A DNA stretch of 64,000 nucleotides. Source: Antechinus flavipes (taxonomy: Eukaryota). The position numbers and the translations under genes are program-made. A model generated the notes under the pieces. It did no database searches. It saw only the letters and a list, made by a program, of their open reading frames with translations, and was not told the origin of the DNA. Positions within the stretch are counted from its first letter, which is position 1, and each line of letters begins with the position of its first letter. Shown here piece after piece: positions 23,101 through 34,902 of this stretch. Where the stretch lies: the NCBI RefSeq assembly GCF_016432865.1, contig NC_067401.1:364312001-364376000 (forward strand), in the 5' to 3' direction.

Positions 23101-26100
23101 ATGGGGTTCCGACTAGAGAGCCCCAGAATCCACCACCCCAGCGCAGTGTGAACCAGGAGTGCAAGGAGGGTGTGGTGTCTACTCCATCTCCTCCTCCTCC
23201 TCCTCCTCCACCTCTCCCCAACCCAGAGCACTGGCCGGCGTTGGGGGATGACATCATTACCCAAAGGGAGACAGGCAGGCGTTCTGAGAGTTCACCCTGA
23301 GGGCATGGGGGGAATGGCCGTGAGGGCCCAACTGGGCCCCAGCCCCTCGTTTCCTGGCCTCCCAATCTGGGTTTAATCGGGCTGATGGGTCCTTATTCCT
23401 CTCTCCCCTCCCCTGAATGGGGATCACCAGGTCGTCAGGACTGGGGAGCCACCAGTGACTCAGAGGCCTCTCCTGAAGCTCAGCCACCACCGCAGCAGCC
23501 ACCTTGCGCAAGGGATAGAACAGGTCCAACTGGTCAAACGGGATCTCCGTCCCCCTCCCCCCAGGGCTCAGCCTGGCCCCCAAGGGCCTCTGCAGGGCCC
23601 TGCCCTCCAAGCACCCCACCCACTTCTCGTCTGCATCCCCCCAGAGCCACTGTCTCTGCTACAGCTGCTCAGCCCTGGCTCTCCTCCTTGGGAGAACCGT
23701 GGGCAATGACCTCAAAGGGAAACCAAGGGGGTGGGGGGAGAGATGGTGGTCCTCAGAGCTGGGAGTTTCTATATTAGACCCTTTTCTAACGGCATCTTGG
23801 GGCAGGGTCCCTGTGCAGACCCTCCCGCTCAATCCTCTCTTTGTGCAGGGAGAGGAAGGGGAAGGGTCTTTTCCAGTGTCTGGGGCTCAGGGACGTATCT
23901 CCGTGGGTGTTGGCTCTTGTGCTCATGAGCACTTCTGAGTGTGGCTAGGCTTGCAGAACATACCTCACACATAGTCAATGTTTTGATTTTGTATTACTCT
24001 TTTGCTTCCGCGTGTCGCTGTCTCTGTCTCCTTGGTCACTGGCTTTGACTCTGAGCGCCGGTGCTAAAGTGAGCAGCCAGGACACCTTCCCCACCCACTG
24101 GCTACTCGGTTCTCGATCCTTCCCCTCCCCGATGAATCCAAAGAGCGGGCTGTCATAAGTGGAATATGGCGGGGGGCTATAAACCAGACCATTTCTCCCT
24201 CTTAAGCTCCAGGAACTTTCACTAAGGTCCCAAGACAACAACAAAAGCACCTGTAGGGGTGTTATCCTATTTTCTGGTCTCCCCAGCCGTTACTGGAGGT
24301 CCTCCAGTTCTCACAGGTGGGCCCCTCAAAGGGAGTTGGATCTGGGGCCTCAGCCCCTGACACTATCACTAGAAAAACCAGCTCCGGCCCCAGCGAGAGG
24401 GGGAATCCTGTCTGGGGCAAGGGGGAGGGGTCCACCCTATCCAAGGTCCTTGGTGTTAACCCTTCTCTCCCCTCAGTCATGCAGTTCCAGTCTGTGCTAA
24501 GTGGAGCGGTGGCTAGAGAGCTAGACCTGGAGTCAGAAAGGGAACAGACATTTATTAACTATCTGCTGCGAGTCAAGCGTTCCACTAAATTATTTACGCA
24601 TATTTGATCCTCACAACAACTCTGGGAGGCGGGTGCTATTATTATCCCCACTTTATAGTTGAGAAAACTGAGGCAGACAAATTTTAAAAACCTGTCCAGA
24701 TTTCTAGTAAATGAGTATCTGAGTCGACATCTGAACTCAGATCTTCTTGAGTCCAGTCTAGTGCTCTGTCTTACCTGTCTTAAGGACACCTGAGTTTAAT
24801 TCTGGCCTCAGATACCAAGCTGTGTGACTGGGCAATGACTTGATCTCTGTTCCTCAATCTTCAAATGGGGATGGTAATAACATCTACCTCCCGGGGTGGT
24901 TTGTGAAGATCAAATGAAACATTTGGAAAGTGCTTACCACAGTGTCTGGCATATAGTAAGAGCTTAATAAATGCTTGTTTGCTTTCCTTCTTCTTCGGTT
25001 ATCTTGAGTGGGCATGTGTAGGAAGGGTCAGTGACCTGGGGGAAGGGGGGGGTCCCTGATGAGGTCAAGGACTCATTTCTCCACAATATACCCAATATCC
25101 CGTGGGGTCCCAGAGTGAGCAAACCAGGAAAGTCCCATCTCCTGTTTTGCCTTCCCATATTCCCATCTTCGTTGCCCTAAACCCCCCAGCTTAGTGAGAG
25201 CTTCTCTGGCTGGGCATGCAGCCCACTGCCAGATTAATGATGAGGAGGGGGCCATTCTGAGCTTGTCTGCACAAAAGAAGCTGAGAACAATGAACTGGGG
25301 GGGGGTGTTTGAAGGCAGCCTCAACTCTGGCCCAGACAGAGCTCCCAGCTTAGATAAGTCCCCTAAACCCCCCGGAGCCAGAGTCTGAGCCCGGCTGAGT
25401 CACCGAAGCAGCCACACTGTGGGTGGGAGACCCGAGACTCCCAAGCTCCCAACCTCAGCCATCCTCCTCCTTCCCCACAACTGCCAGTCCCCTCCTCCCT
25501 TCCCTCCCCCATCTCAGAACTCCCTGCAAAGCCAGCCCCACTAGCTGGCAGCCCCGCTCATCCCCGGCTCGATCCCAGGGAGGGGACCACAGGGAGCAGC
25601 TACTAGTTTGGAAGGGACTTAGAGATCCTGCAAGCCCAGCCCTTCTCAGTGAAAGAGCAAAGGCTGCCCCCACCCCTGGAGTCCCTACCACCCCACCCTG
25701 AGGGCGGATGACAGGCCAGTTCTGGCCTTGGAATTCTTGCTTTAGACTCTAGGGAAGAGGTTCTAGAATCCAGGTTCCAGGTCTGGATTCTAGAGCTTCC
25801 TGCCAGCCTGGAATAGTCTTTCCTCTCCTCAGGCCTCAGTGGGCATTGTTGTGGGCAACAAGGGGCTCCTATAGGTCCAGACGCCGGGGTTCCTTGCTCC
25901 ACTCTGCAGCTGCCAGGGCATGAGAGATAGAGGAAGACGTTGGGTCGGGTCATTTCTGCTATCCAGGACCCTGATCCAAAGAGGACCTTTAGGCGTCTTA
26001 GAAAGCAGACGACTCTGAAGGCCACATGAACCCTTTGGGAGCCCCTGTATTTCTTTCCCCTTAATGACCAGTGCCTCTCTAATAATACTGTACAGAGCAC

Positions 26101-29035
26101 TTTCCCCCATAAAAGCCCTGGGGGGAATGCAAGGAGGATAACACTTGAGAGAGTTTAAGTGGTTAAAACTACTGCTAAGTAAGTGTTGAGCCCACATTTC
26201 TTTTTTTGCTGAGGCAGTTGGGGTTAAGTGACTTGCCCAGGGTCACACAGCCAGGTCGTGTTAAGTGTCCTCCTGACTTCAGGGCTGGTGCTCCATCCAC
26301 GGCCCCACCTCGCTGCCCCCAGAACCCACATTTTTCTTCACTCCAGAACCAGAACTCTTCCCACTGGGCTCTGCTTCTTGCCACTGCATACCCTCCCTTC
26401 CATTCCCCCTCAGAAAAAAAGTCTTTGGAAGGAAGGAATAGATTCTCTGTAGAACACATTGGGGGTCCCAGAACTCCCTGGGATGCTCCCTTCCTGAGCA
26501 GGAGAATCCTCTCTCCGTTCTCCTAGCTTGGGTAAGTCTTATGGATAAAACCGACACCCCCTCCCCTTATGTAAACAGAAGCAAAGAAAGGGGGGGCTGA
26601 GGGCTCCTCCCTTTCTAGGAAACAAGCTTCAGTCAGGGAAACTGAGCTTGAGCCCCGGGGCAGGCTGAGTCTCCCATGCTCTGGTCTAAGTCCAGGACTT
26701 GTACCCCAAGTGCCCCTGCTCTCCTTGGCCTGCTGTGGGCTCCGGGGTAAGGAGCCAGGGACCAGCAGCCCCGTCTGTCCAAAAGCACACCCCCAGCCCC
26801 AGGGCGGACAGAGGGGAGGCTGGGAGGGGACCTCACCCGGAAACTCATCCCATTAAGGAGAGACAAAGGAGTGTGGTGTTAGTGGCGCCTCTCCTGCCAG
26901 GGCTTCTCCTGCCAGGAGGCGGGTGGGGCCGGGCCCCTGGGGCTCCCCGCTCCTAGGGCCCTCGCCAGTGGGGAAGGGGCGCCCGCCGGGCCGGGAGGAG
27001 GCCCACCAGTGCAGAGAGCATCCTGGAAACGGGGAGACCTCCCACAGGAGCCCCCCCCCATCGCCCTGCCCCATCATAAGGCCATCTCCCCATTCACTCT
27101 CCTCCTTCAGACTGTCAGAGGAGACAAAGGAGGAGAGATCCCATGAACTCATGCAGTGTGAGGTCTGGTAGGGACCTTAAAGGTCCCCTAGGCCAGCCCC
27201 CTCATTTCACAGATGAAGTAACCAGGTCAAAGGGTGAGGTAACTTATCTAGGGTCATCCAGGCAGCGAGTCTCTGAGTTAGAAATACAATTCAGATTTTC
27301 TTCAGATTTCTAGCCTGATTCACCCTTTATACAAAGCCTCCTTTGGAGTCTGGTAGTGGGTACGTGACTCAGACATTCTAGGGAAAACTGAGGCCTTACC
27401 TTCAGGGAAAGGGGCCAGAGTACAGGTTACAGCGTGACCCTGTGTGACTAGTGGGGGGTCTGACCTCTAGCCAGAAGGGTTGTGGGAAAGTTCTGTCACC
27501 TAACTGTGGAGATCTAACTCCTTCCTGTGGCTGAAGACACCTCGTGGATGGGGGGGAGTTACATTAAGTGACCTCTCCTCTGTCCTAACAACCTGCCCAG
27601 GGGATCAGTAAGGTCAAGGCCAGGAGTTAGAGACCTTCCCATCTCCCCTTCCCTGGGCACCTCTGGCTTGACTAGGCCCCCGATCCCCAGACACGAGGGT
27701 TAGACCCCACCCCTGGACAAAGCAAGGGGAAGACCTGTCTGGGGGAAGCGATTCAGGAGATTGAGATCGGCTGCTCAGTGCCTAGGAAGCTGAGGATGAG
27801 CCCAGCATCTCCCTCCCCTACGCAAGGACCTGATCTCTCCCAGATAACTTTAGTCAGGAGCCCACAGAAAAGGGAAAACCCAACTTCCACCTGAAAAGCA
27901 CCAGCTACTGAGCCAAGCATGGGATGGTAGCAGATCCCCAGGGAACTTCCTGGAGGCATCCTCTATTGTACTGGATTGGGAGGGTCTTGGATTCACGTTC
28001 TGGCTTTGACAACTTAATGCGGGTATAGTCTCAGGCAAGTCACTGCCTTATCTGGGCCTAGTTTCCTCAAGTACAAAAGGAGGGAGTTGGACCCTATCTG
28101 TAGGTCTCTCCCAGCGCCAAGTTGTAATCCTGGAATCCTAGACCACCCCATGTACCGGTCCCCACTCGCCCCCAACCCCATTTCCAACCTTAGTCCTATA
28201 GACACAATCCCACCTTCAAGTCGGGATTAAAGGGTCCTGGAGGAGGAGGTGAGGTCAGAGAAGCTGTAGCCCCTGCGGGTCCAACCCAGGAATACCACAC
28301 CTAGCCCAGAAGGGGCCCCACCCAGGCTCCCACCCACCTGAACCCCCCTGCAACCACCCAGGCACCTGCTAGTCTGCCCGAATGAGGGGAGGGGCTGAGG
28401 CAGAGGAGGCTGCTCTGTGCTTATGGTAGCCCCTTCCTGTGCATCCTCCTGCCCCGAGGCTCCTGACACTCCCGTCCCCAAGACATCCCTATCCCAGTTC
28501 CCCTGGCTCTGGCAGAGGGGCAAGGAGCTGTATTAGGATGCCAGGAACTCTGCCCAACTTTGACCGGTCCCACTGGAAATCCTCAGCCCCAGCCCTCTAT
28601 GAGCAAGGGAAGTCTGGTATTAGGGCAAGGGAGCCTCTCTAAGGCTGGCACTGCCCATCAGCTATCCTGCCTTCTCCACCTTCCCTTGAACAAAACTGTT
28701 CTCCCCCCGCCCCAACTCCAAACCCACCCGAGAGCTGGACCACAGGATGCAGCTATTAGCCTGGCTTAATAAAGCAGAATCAGGGGCTTAGCTCGGGGAG
28801 GGGGACGTAAGGATGGTCTGACTTTCTGGGATAGTTACAACAGTGAGGAGCAGACTTGGAATTTTATGCCAGAACCAGACTCAGAGTCAAGAACAGCAGG
28901 GGGGGGGGTCGGCATTGGAGGGAAGGGGAGATGGGGTAAGGAGTCAGGAAAGGATCAAGAGGCGATTCAGGTAGGTGTCTTACCTGTGAAGGAGATGACA
29001 AGGAACAGCACCAGCCACGGCTCCTGCTGCCACAT
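10888..29035 (-). CDS. NECTIN4: Nectin-4 (PVRL4), complete spliced CDS: complement(join(10888..11112,11523..11597,12265..12340,13401..13557,14163..14311,15741..15861,16170..16460,17776..18135,28984..29035)), 1506 nt, 501 aa
   Basis: Signal peptide, V + 2 C2 Ig domains, TM helix and C-terminal GHLV PDZ motif. Exon 2-9 lengths 360/291/121/149/157/76/75/225 equal the recalled human lengths; all introns GT-AG. Confidence 0.97.
11523..11597 (-). CDS. NECTIN4: NECTIN4 exon 8 (75 nt, phase 0-0)
   Basis: ctgcag|CCTGAG ... GATG|GTGAG; [25 protein letters not shown]. Confidence 0.95.
12265..12340 (-). CDS. NECTIN4: NECTIN4 exon 7
   Basis: ggacag|TGAGGAG ... CCAG|GTGGGT; [25 protein letters not shown]. 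Confidence 0.95.
13401..13557 (-). CDS. NECTIN4: NECTIN4 exon 6, transmembrane segment
   Basis: ctctcag|CAGAAG ... AAATA|GTGAG; [41 protein letters not shown]. Confidence 0.96.
13790..13905 (-). mobile_element. WSINE1-like SINE in NECTIN4 intron 5
   Basis: T-tail + ttaagtgacttgcccaggatcac...tttgaactcggg. Confidence 0.7.
14163..14311 (-). CDS. NECTIN4: NECTIN4 exon 5
   Basis: ctctcag|GCTGGAT ... CTAG|GTGAG; [49 protein letters not shown]. Confidence 0.96.
14690..15734. repeat. GC-rich VNTR, 7 copies of ~145-150 bp, in NECTIN4 intron 4
   Basis: Unit starts gggactcggccctcg at ~14702, 14853, 15002, 15152, 15300, 15448, 15593. Confidence 0.95.
15741..15861 (-). CDS. NECTIN4: NECTIN4 exon 4
   Basis: ccgcag|TTCTTGCC ... 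AGCCG|GTGAGT; [40 protein letters not shown]. Confidence 0.96.
16170..16460 (-). CDS. NECTIN4: NECTIN4 exon 3, first C2 Ig domain
   Basis: ctgcag|TGCCCC ... GCCT|GTGAG; [24 protein letters not shown]...[10 protein letters not shown]. Confidence 0.97.
17103..17213. repeat. Two-copy tandem duplication, period ~54 bp
   Basis: ttcattcagtt(g/t)tcaga(g/t)tgaaattgta(c/t)cattccaacaaattggtt occurs twice. Confidence 0.85.
17776..18135 (-). CDS. NECTIN4: NECTIN4 exon 2, Ig V domain
   Basis: tgcag|GTTTGTGC ... CTTG|GTGAG; [10 protein letters not shown]...LPCFY...[22 protein letters not shown]. Confidence 0.97.
18190..21250. mobile_element. Cluster of old MIR/MIR3/L2 fragments in NECTIN4 intron 1
   Basis: Repeated MIR core text (cccatttcacagatgaggaa, ggggaaactgagg, tgacttgcccagagtcacac); individual boundaries not resolved. 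Confidence 0.65.
26199..26324 (-). mobile_element. WSINE1-like SINE with TSD cccacattt and an internal deletion
   Basis: TSD at ~26190-26198 and ~26325-26333; the usual tgaggccagatttgaactcagg segment is missing. Confidence 0.7.
28984..29035 (-). CDS. NECTIN4: NECTIN4 exon 1 coding part (signal peptide [18 protein letters not shown])
   Basis: gccaagATG context; donor ACAG|GTAAG; phase 1 matches exon 2; aligns to human MWGPEAWLLLLLLLASFTG. Confidence 0.9.
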
Positions 29036-29560
29036 CTTGGCTTCCTGGGACAGGGTTGGTGGGGCGAAAGCAGGTATGTAGGAAGGCCTCAGGAGTCAGC
29101 TGGCTTCTCTGCTTCCCCCCCAGAGTGGGGGCCAAAGGAAGAGATCTCCCCCACCCCACTCTCTCTGGTTCCGGAAAGAGAAAGTCAGCGGCTCCCAAAG
29201 GCAGCTGTCCAGCCCCACCTGAAAGCCCCTAGGTGCTGGTCTGTGTCCACTTGGAGGGCCGTTTTAGGAGCCGAGGTGGTAGCCAGGGAATCCCCTGCCC
29301 CAGCCCCACACCACCCTCCCCCGTCCCCAGCAGTTCCCCCCCAGAAGCCGTGACTAGGAGCTCGGAGCTCCCCCAGAGCCTCTTCCCACGCCGTGGCTGG
29401 CTGGCGGACGGCAGCAGAAACTTGGGAACCTGCTTAGCAGGTCAGAACAGGTGCGTCTTAGAGGGGCCGGGCCTGGCACAGGAACCACTGAAGCCGCCGC
29501 CCCCACCACCAGGCTGGCTAATAGGAGCTAGTGGGATAGGGAGCCAATTTGGGGTGGGGT
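29036..29560 (-). promoter_or_regulatory. NECTIN4 5'UTR and proximal promoter
   Basis: Block 29338-29392 (- strand ggcgtgggaagaggctctgggggagctccgagctcctagtcacggcttct) resembles the recalled start of the human NECTIN4 5'UTR; CAGGTG E-box near 29446-29451. Confidence 0.6.
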
Positions 29561-30715
29561 TGGTGGTGGTGGGGACTCCTGGGAGGCCTTTCCTGAGCCC
29601 CATGTGCGGTGGGGAAGAGTGGGGGTACCCAGGGGCAGGGGCCCCAAGGAGAGGGAGGGGGGCAGAGCCAGGCTGCCCAGAGGCAGGGCTGGGATGGGTG
29701 GAGAGAACTCGAGCAAAGAGTGGAATTCTATTGCCACACACCGCAGGCCAGGGACCTGCTGCTGCTGGAGACATCCCCGGGCTCTGAGGGCTCCCCATCG
29801 CTCTTGGAGAATGGGGGGGTGTGGGAACCTCACACTTCATAGGCGCAGTGCTGCTTGGGGAGCTACTTGACTCAAAGGATTTAGAGCTGGAAGAAGGGAC
29901 CACAGAGCTTATTTAGTCCAACCCCTTTATTTTAAAGGGGTCCATAAGGGTGACAACTTGCCCAAAGTCACATATATTAACAGTGACATTTTCTGAGTCT
30001 AAACCCATTGCTCTTTTTACCATTCCAGGCTGAGCCAAGCCCAATTCAGGGAAAAGAGATAGATTAAAGAGAATGAGAGGATTTAAAGCTGAAAGGACTC
30101 CTAGAGATGAATATCACGTAATGGAGAAATGAGTTCAAATCCTGACTAAATCTTACTTACCTTCTAGATAACCATGAACAAGTCATTTAAGACAATTGCT
30201 CCTCCATTCACTACTTGTATGAACTTGGATAAGTGACCACCTCCTCTTTGGAGTTGGTCTTATCTGTAAGTTTCCAACTCTAAATCAAAGGGCTTCCCTC
30301 AAAGCAGCAGTTCCTTTATTTATTAAATGGGTGTGATAATACTTGCAATTCAACCAAGCTAAAGAAAGTATAGTTTGATTTATGTAAGGGGAAACAGGCC
30401 AGAAAGGGTAAGTGATTTGACCAAAAGTACACAATTCACCCACAGCATCCCAATCTGAAGGAAAAGGACAAGTCCAGCTGGCCAGGAGGCCTTTGAGTAC
30501 AGATGTCCTTCATTCCCACCCCTCAGCCATCATTCCTCCTTGAGAAGTACTGAGCATTATGTATCTCTGTTAGACTGAGCAATTGAGCACTAAGGGATTC
30601 AGGTGCCTCAGTGGTTCCACCTGTAACATGACTGATCAGTTTGGAAAGTGATTCCACTCCAAACTCCCACATTCTTTAGCCACAAACTGGGCCTTCCCCC
30701 ACCCAACACACACAC

Positions 30716-31201
30716 NNNNNNNNNNNNNNNNNNNNNNNNNNNNNNNNNNNNNNNNNNNNNNNNNNNNNNNNNNNNNNNNNNNNNNNNNNNNNNNNNNNNN
30801 NNNNNNNNNNNNNNNNNNNNNNNNNNNNNNNNNNNNNNNNNNNNNNNNNNNNNNNNNNNNNNNNNNNNNNNNNNNNNNNNNNNNNNNNNNNNNNNNNNNN
30901 NNNNNNNNNNNNNNNNNNNNNNNNNNNNNNNNNNNNNNNNNNNNNNNNNNNNNNNNNNNNNNNNNNNNNNNNNNNNNNNNNNNNNNNNNNNNNNNNNNNN
31001 NNNNNNNNNNNNNNNNNNNNNNNNNNNNNNNNNNNNNNNNNNNNNNNNNNNNNNNNNNNNNNNNNNNNNNNNNNNNNNNNNNNNNNNNNNNNNNNNNNNN
31101 NNNNNNNNNNNNNNNNNNNNNNNNNNNNNNNNNNNNNNNNNNNNNNNNNNNNNNNNNNNNNNNNNNNNNNNNNNNNNNNNNNNNNNNNNNNNNNNNNNNN
31201 N
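30716..31201. other. Assembly gap (486 N)
   Basis: N run directly after a CA repeat, ~1.3 kb upstream of the inferred NECTIN4 TSS. Confidence 1.
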
Positions 31202-31202
31202 A

Positions 31203-31365
31203 CTCTTTTTTTTTTCCTTCCAGAACCATTTTTAAAAATTATTATTAAAACTTTTTATTTACAAGTTTTATGCATGGGTAATTTTACAGCATTGACTATT
31301 GCCAAACCTTTTGTTCCAATTTTTCCTCTCCTTCCCTCCATCCCCTTCCCCCGATGGCAGATTGC
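31203..31365 (-). mobile_element. Short L1 3' end
   Basis: tttatttacaagttttatgcatgggtaattttacagcattgac, same 3'UTR family as 44930 and 46320. Confidence 0.75.
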
Positions 31366-31984
31366 TTGGTCACTCTTAAGATGGGGCAGTCAGACTCCAG
31401 TTTGGTATCTTGATGAGTGAGCACTAAAGGAGGAGAGAGAAAGACACTAAGAGAGGTACTGAGAAAAGGGGAAAAAGAAATAGAATATTTAAAAAGAAAA
31501 ATTGTGGTTTTGATCGTCTAGGAGAGAGAGGAAGAAGGGCCTATAGGTGAGCCAATGATGAACCTTCAAGGTCCATTGAAGGGGTCAGTGAGGAGAAAAA
31601 GGTTTAGTGTAATTGAGGGCTAATGAGGACTGAGGGAGGGTCATTGAAGCAGAGTGATCAGCAAAGATCAATGAGGAAGAGAGGTTTTTCAGGAAGTCAG
31701 TGATAAGGAAAGGTCAATGAGGAGTGAAAGTCAGTGAAGGAGAAGGCAAGGATCATGAAGGGGGGCAGTAAGGAGAGTTAAGGAGAGGTGAGTATCAGTG
31801 AGGGGAAGGTTAATGAGGGAGAGTACCAGAGCTCAGTTCTAATATTTTGCTACTCCTTAAGGTACTGACTATGCCCCAGACCATCTGATGCTTGCCTCCT
31901 CCATATCCTATCCCTTTTCTCCTAGTCAATGGAGTCAGGATTCCTGGAGCTTTATTTATTTGTTTGTTATTTATTCATTCATTC

Positions 31985-32345
31985 ACTTATTTATGCTATT
32001 CTCTTCCCCCCTTTTTATAATAGCTTTTTACTTTTCAAAATACATGCAAAGATAATTTTCAACATTCACCCTTGTGAAAATCTGTATTCCAAATTTCTTT
32101 CTCTCCCTTCTCCCCTCTTCTCTTCCCTAGACAGCAAGAAATCCAATATAGGTTAAACATGTGCAATTCTTCTACCCATGTTTCCACAGTTATTCTGCAC
32201 AAGAAAAAATCAGATCAAAAGGAGAAAAAAAGAGAAAGAAAAATAATCAAAGAAACAATAACAACAAAGGTGAAAATACTTTGTGATCCACATTCAGTCT
32301 CCATAGTCCTCTCTCTGGATGCAAATGGCTCTCTCAATTCCTGGA
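31985..32345 (-). mobile_element. Older L1 3'UTR fragment
   Basis: atacatgcaaagataattttcaacattcaccc...ccacattcagtctccatagtcctctctctggatg. Confidence 0.6.
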
Positions 32346-34846
32346 TTTTCATCTCCATAATGTGAGACTAGAATGATGCTCTTCCTTTATTCCTCAGTTT
32401 CCCCATCTGAAAGTCGTGTATAAATATTTCCCTAGAATTTTAAACACCCTCCATTTGCCCTATGAAAAACCCTAGTCTACCATAATCTTAAGGGAACAGA
32501 AAGAAGTAGCCTCTGAGAGAACTATGTTTACATTCACTTGTCCCTTCTTTCAATCATCATATCAACCCTACTCAGTGAATGCTTTGAGATCCCTAATCAA
32601 GGACACCAATAGAAAACCTATAACTTTTGGAGAGGTTAAGGAAGGCCATGACATTTGGGTTCTTCCCTTCTTCTACCTTTGACCTTAGAGTTGGGAGTGA
32701 ATTTTTGACATGGGCTAGCCAAAGGACTTTGGGAACAGGGAGCTGATGAGAACATCACTTATACCTCTCCAATAACACCTCAGCCAGAAGCACAGGGACC
32801 TAAAAGGAATCCCTTAAAAAAATTTTTTAATCTATTAATCTGTCTTAAATGTAGACAGCCTTCCTAGCTTGAAGGTTGGTAATCTATGTATAGCGGGAGC
32901 ACAGGGAAGATTGTCAGAGGATTCCTGTAACTCTGACCAACATCCTCATCCCCATTCAACCCTAGTCCTGCTAGAATTGACAGCTATCATAATTGCTTCC
33001 TCTGTCACTCCTTTCAGTTTCTAGCTGTGATATCCCCAATCTTTTTCTTCTTCAAGGTTATCTCTGTTGTTCTTTGTGTACTCTCCAGGTAGGAGAGAAA
33101 GAGGGAGTAGACCTATCCCCTAGGTAGGAACCTTTTGTCCAATAATCCAATATCCCAAACTTCACAATTGGGCAGGTCCACAGAAAAGCACAGCTGGAGA
33201 AGTAGACATGTCTGTTAAAGCCTAGGTTGGGAAAAGATCCCAGCAGGAAGAAAATTTCAGTGGTTAGTGAAGATTTGAAAATCTGAAGGCTTTCTTAGTA
33301 TAGGATAATCTAGTGAGGGAGGGGGCTAGTGGGCCATGAGAAATTTTAGAAAGATTAAGTTAGAGAGTGGAAAGCCAAGGAAAAATTCAAGATGGAAAAC
33401 TGGGGTCTGGGAGATCAGATTTAGAAAAATGAGCAAGGAGAAACCCAAGGATAATGCAGAAAAATCCACACTTTTTTTAGACTTCCCATTTTTCAAGTTC
33501 TTTTATACTGATCAGAGAGTAGCTGCAAAACTGAGCTGGGCTGGGTGCCAGTATGACAAGTTTCTCTCCACCTCCGCCTTGGCTGAGCCCCTTCCCCTCT
33601 TCAGGTCTTAGATCCCACCTGTGCCATGGGGAGAAGACCCGCCCCGATGATGCTTTGAGATCCAAAGCTGCCTGGGGTGGGGCTGGGCCAGGGGGCAGTG
33701 GGAGGGGGGGAAGAACTTCTGTAATGATTATAATTATCACACAGTGGATCCTATCTCACTCTGGAGCTTCCTCTCTTCCCACGGATGCTCCCCCTCCCCC
33801 TCCCTGGAGCAATACAGGTAAACTGAGTTATTTGGGGGAAAGTAAATGGTCGGATGAACAAGCAGAAGGCCTTGTGTCCATCTCCTGTCACCTTCTCCCC
33901 TTCCCCTACAGAAGCCTCAGGCAGTCAGGCAAGCAGTCAACCAGCAGTACCTACTATATGCCGGGGCCTGTGCCAAGGAGAAACTCGACTTCCTCTCTAC
34001 CCTTCGGTATCTTTTTGGATCACCCAGAAAAGCCATCCCAGCTCAAAGCACTTCTCACTTCAGCTCCTTAGGCGAAGGGCTGGGCAGTCGCTGTGAAGTT
34101 GGGACAGGCGTGTGTGTGTGTGAGGGGGGGCCTGGTGGGAAGGGCCACCCCTAAGACGTTCAGGTTCTGGGAAAACTGTCACTGTCGTATACCTTTTAAG
34201 CAAGTGAACATCAAGGGCAACTTTGAAGGGGCAAAGAAGGAGAGAGAATGATGGCCAAGAGCATGGAAGAAAAAAGGGGATCCTTTTGCTAAGCATCCAG
34301 CTGTGTCTTTCGGAAGTATTGAGGAAAAATGCAGATTTACAGTCAGAATACTTGGATTTCACTCTTTACTTTTCTACCTCGTAGCTGTGTGATCTTAAAC
34401 TTTCTCTACCTCAGTTTCTCTTATAAAATGAGGATATTAGACTAAATAACACCAAAGGTGCTTTTGAGCTCTAATTGAATCCTATGCTCTGTCCCCAGAG
34501 GCCCTACACTTTGTGCTTATTCTGGAACCCTCCTCACACCTTACTGAGGGGGTAGCTGAAGGTGTAGCTTGGAGTGGAAGGAGTCGGGGGAGGCTGAACT
34601 CGTCAGGAGCCAGGAGCCTTATTCATCTGACCTCTCCCTTGGGCAAGAATCTTTTACTTCTCTTTGTATCCTTCCCTATCTCACACATTCTTCCTGTTCA
34701 CACCCATGTAATCCTCCTTTCTCCAAATCCTTAAGAATGGGGATAGAAACTTGGAAGGTGACTGTGGCCCCCCAGTCCTGGGAAGTTTCTGTAGGGACGC
34801 ATACATCTGTGTGTGCAAGTTCTATGTGGGTCCAAATGAGTTGCTG

Positions 34847-34850
34847 TATA

Positions 34851-34900
<50 letters not shown>

Positions 34901-34902
34901 AT
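34847..34902. repeat. Compound (TACA)n(TA)n microsatellite
   Basis: Seen directly. Confidence 0.95.

Noticed and set aside
23975-24250. 91-aa minus-strand ORF after an AG acceptor in NECTIN4 intron 1 as an alternative exon
   Set aside because: Splicing from exon 1 (phase 1) gives an early stop; no recognisable protein.
30636-31235. ORFs spanning the N run
   Set aside because: Artefacts of the assembly gap.
34163-34177. GSGKT Walker-A-like peptide
   Set aside because: Short frame closed by stops, with no Walker B or flanking domain; chance match.
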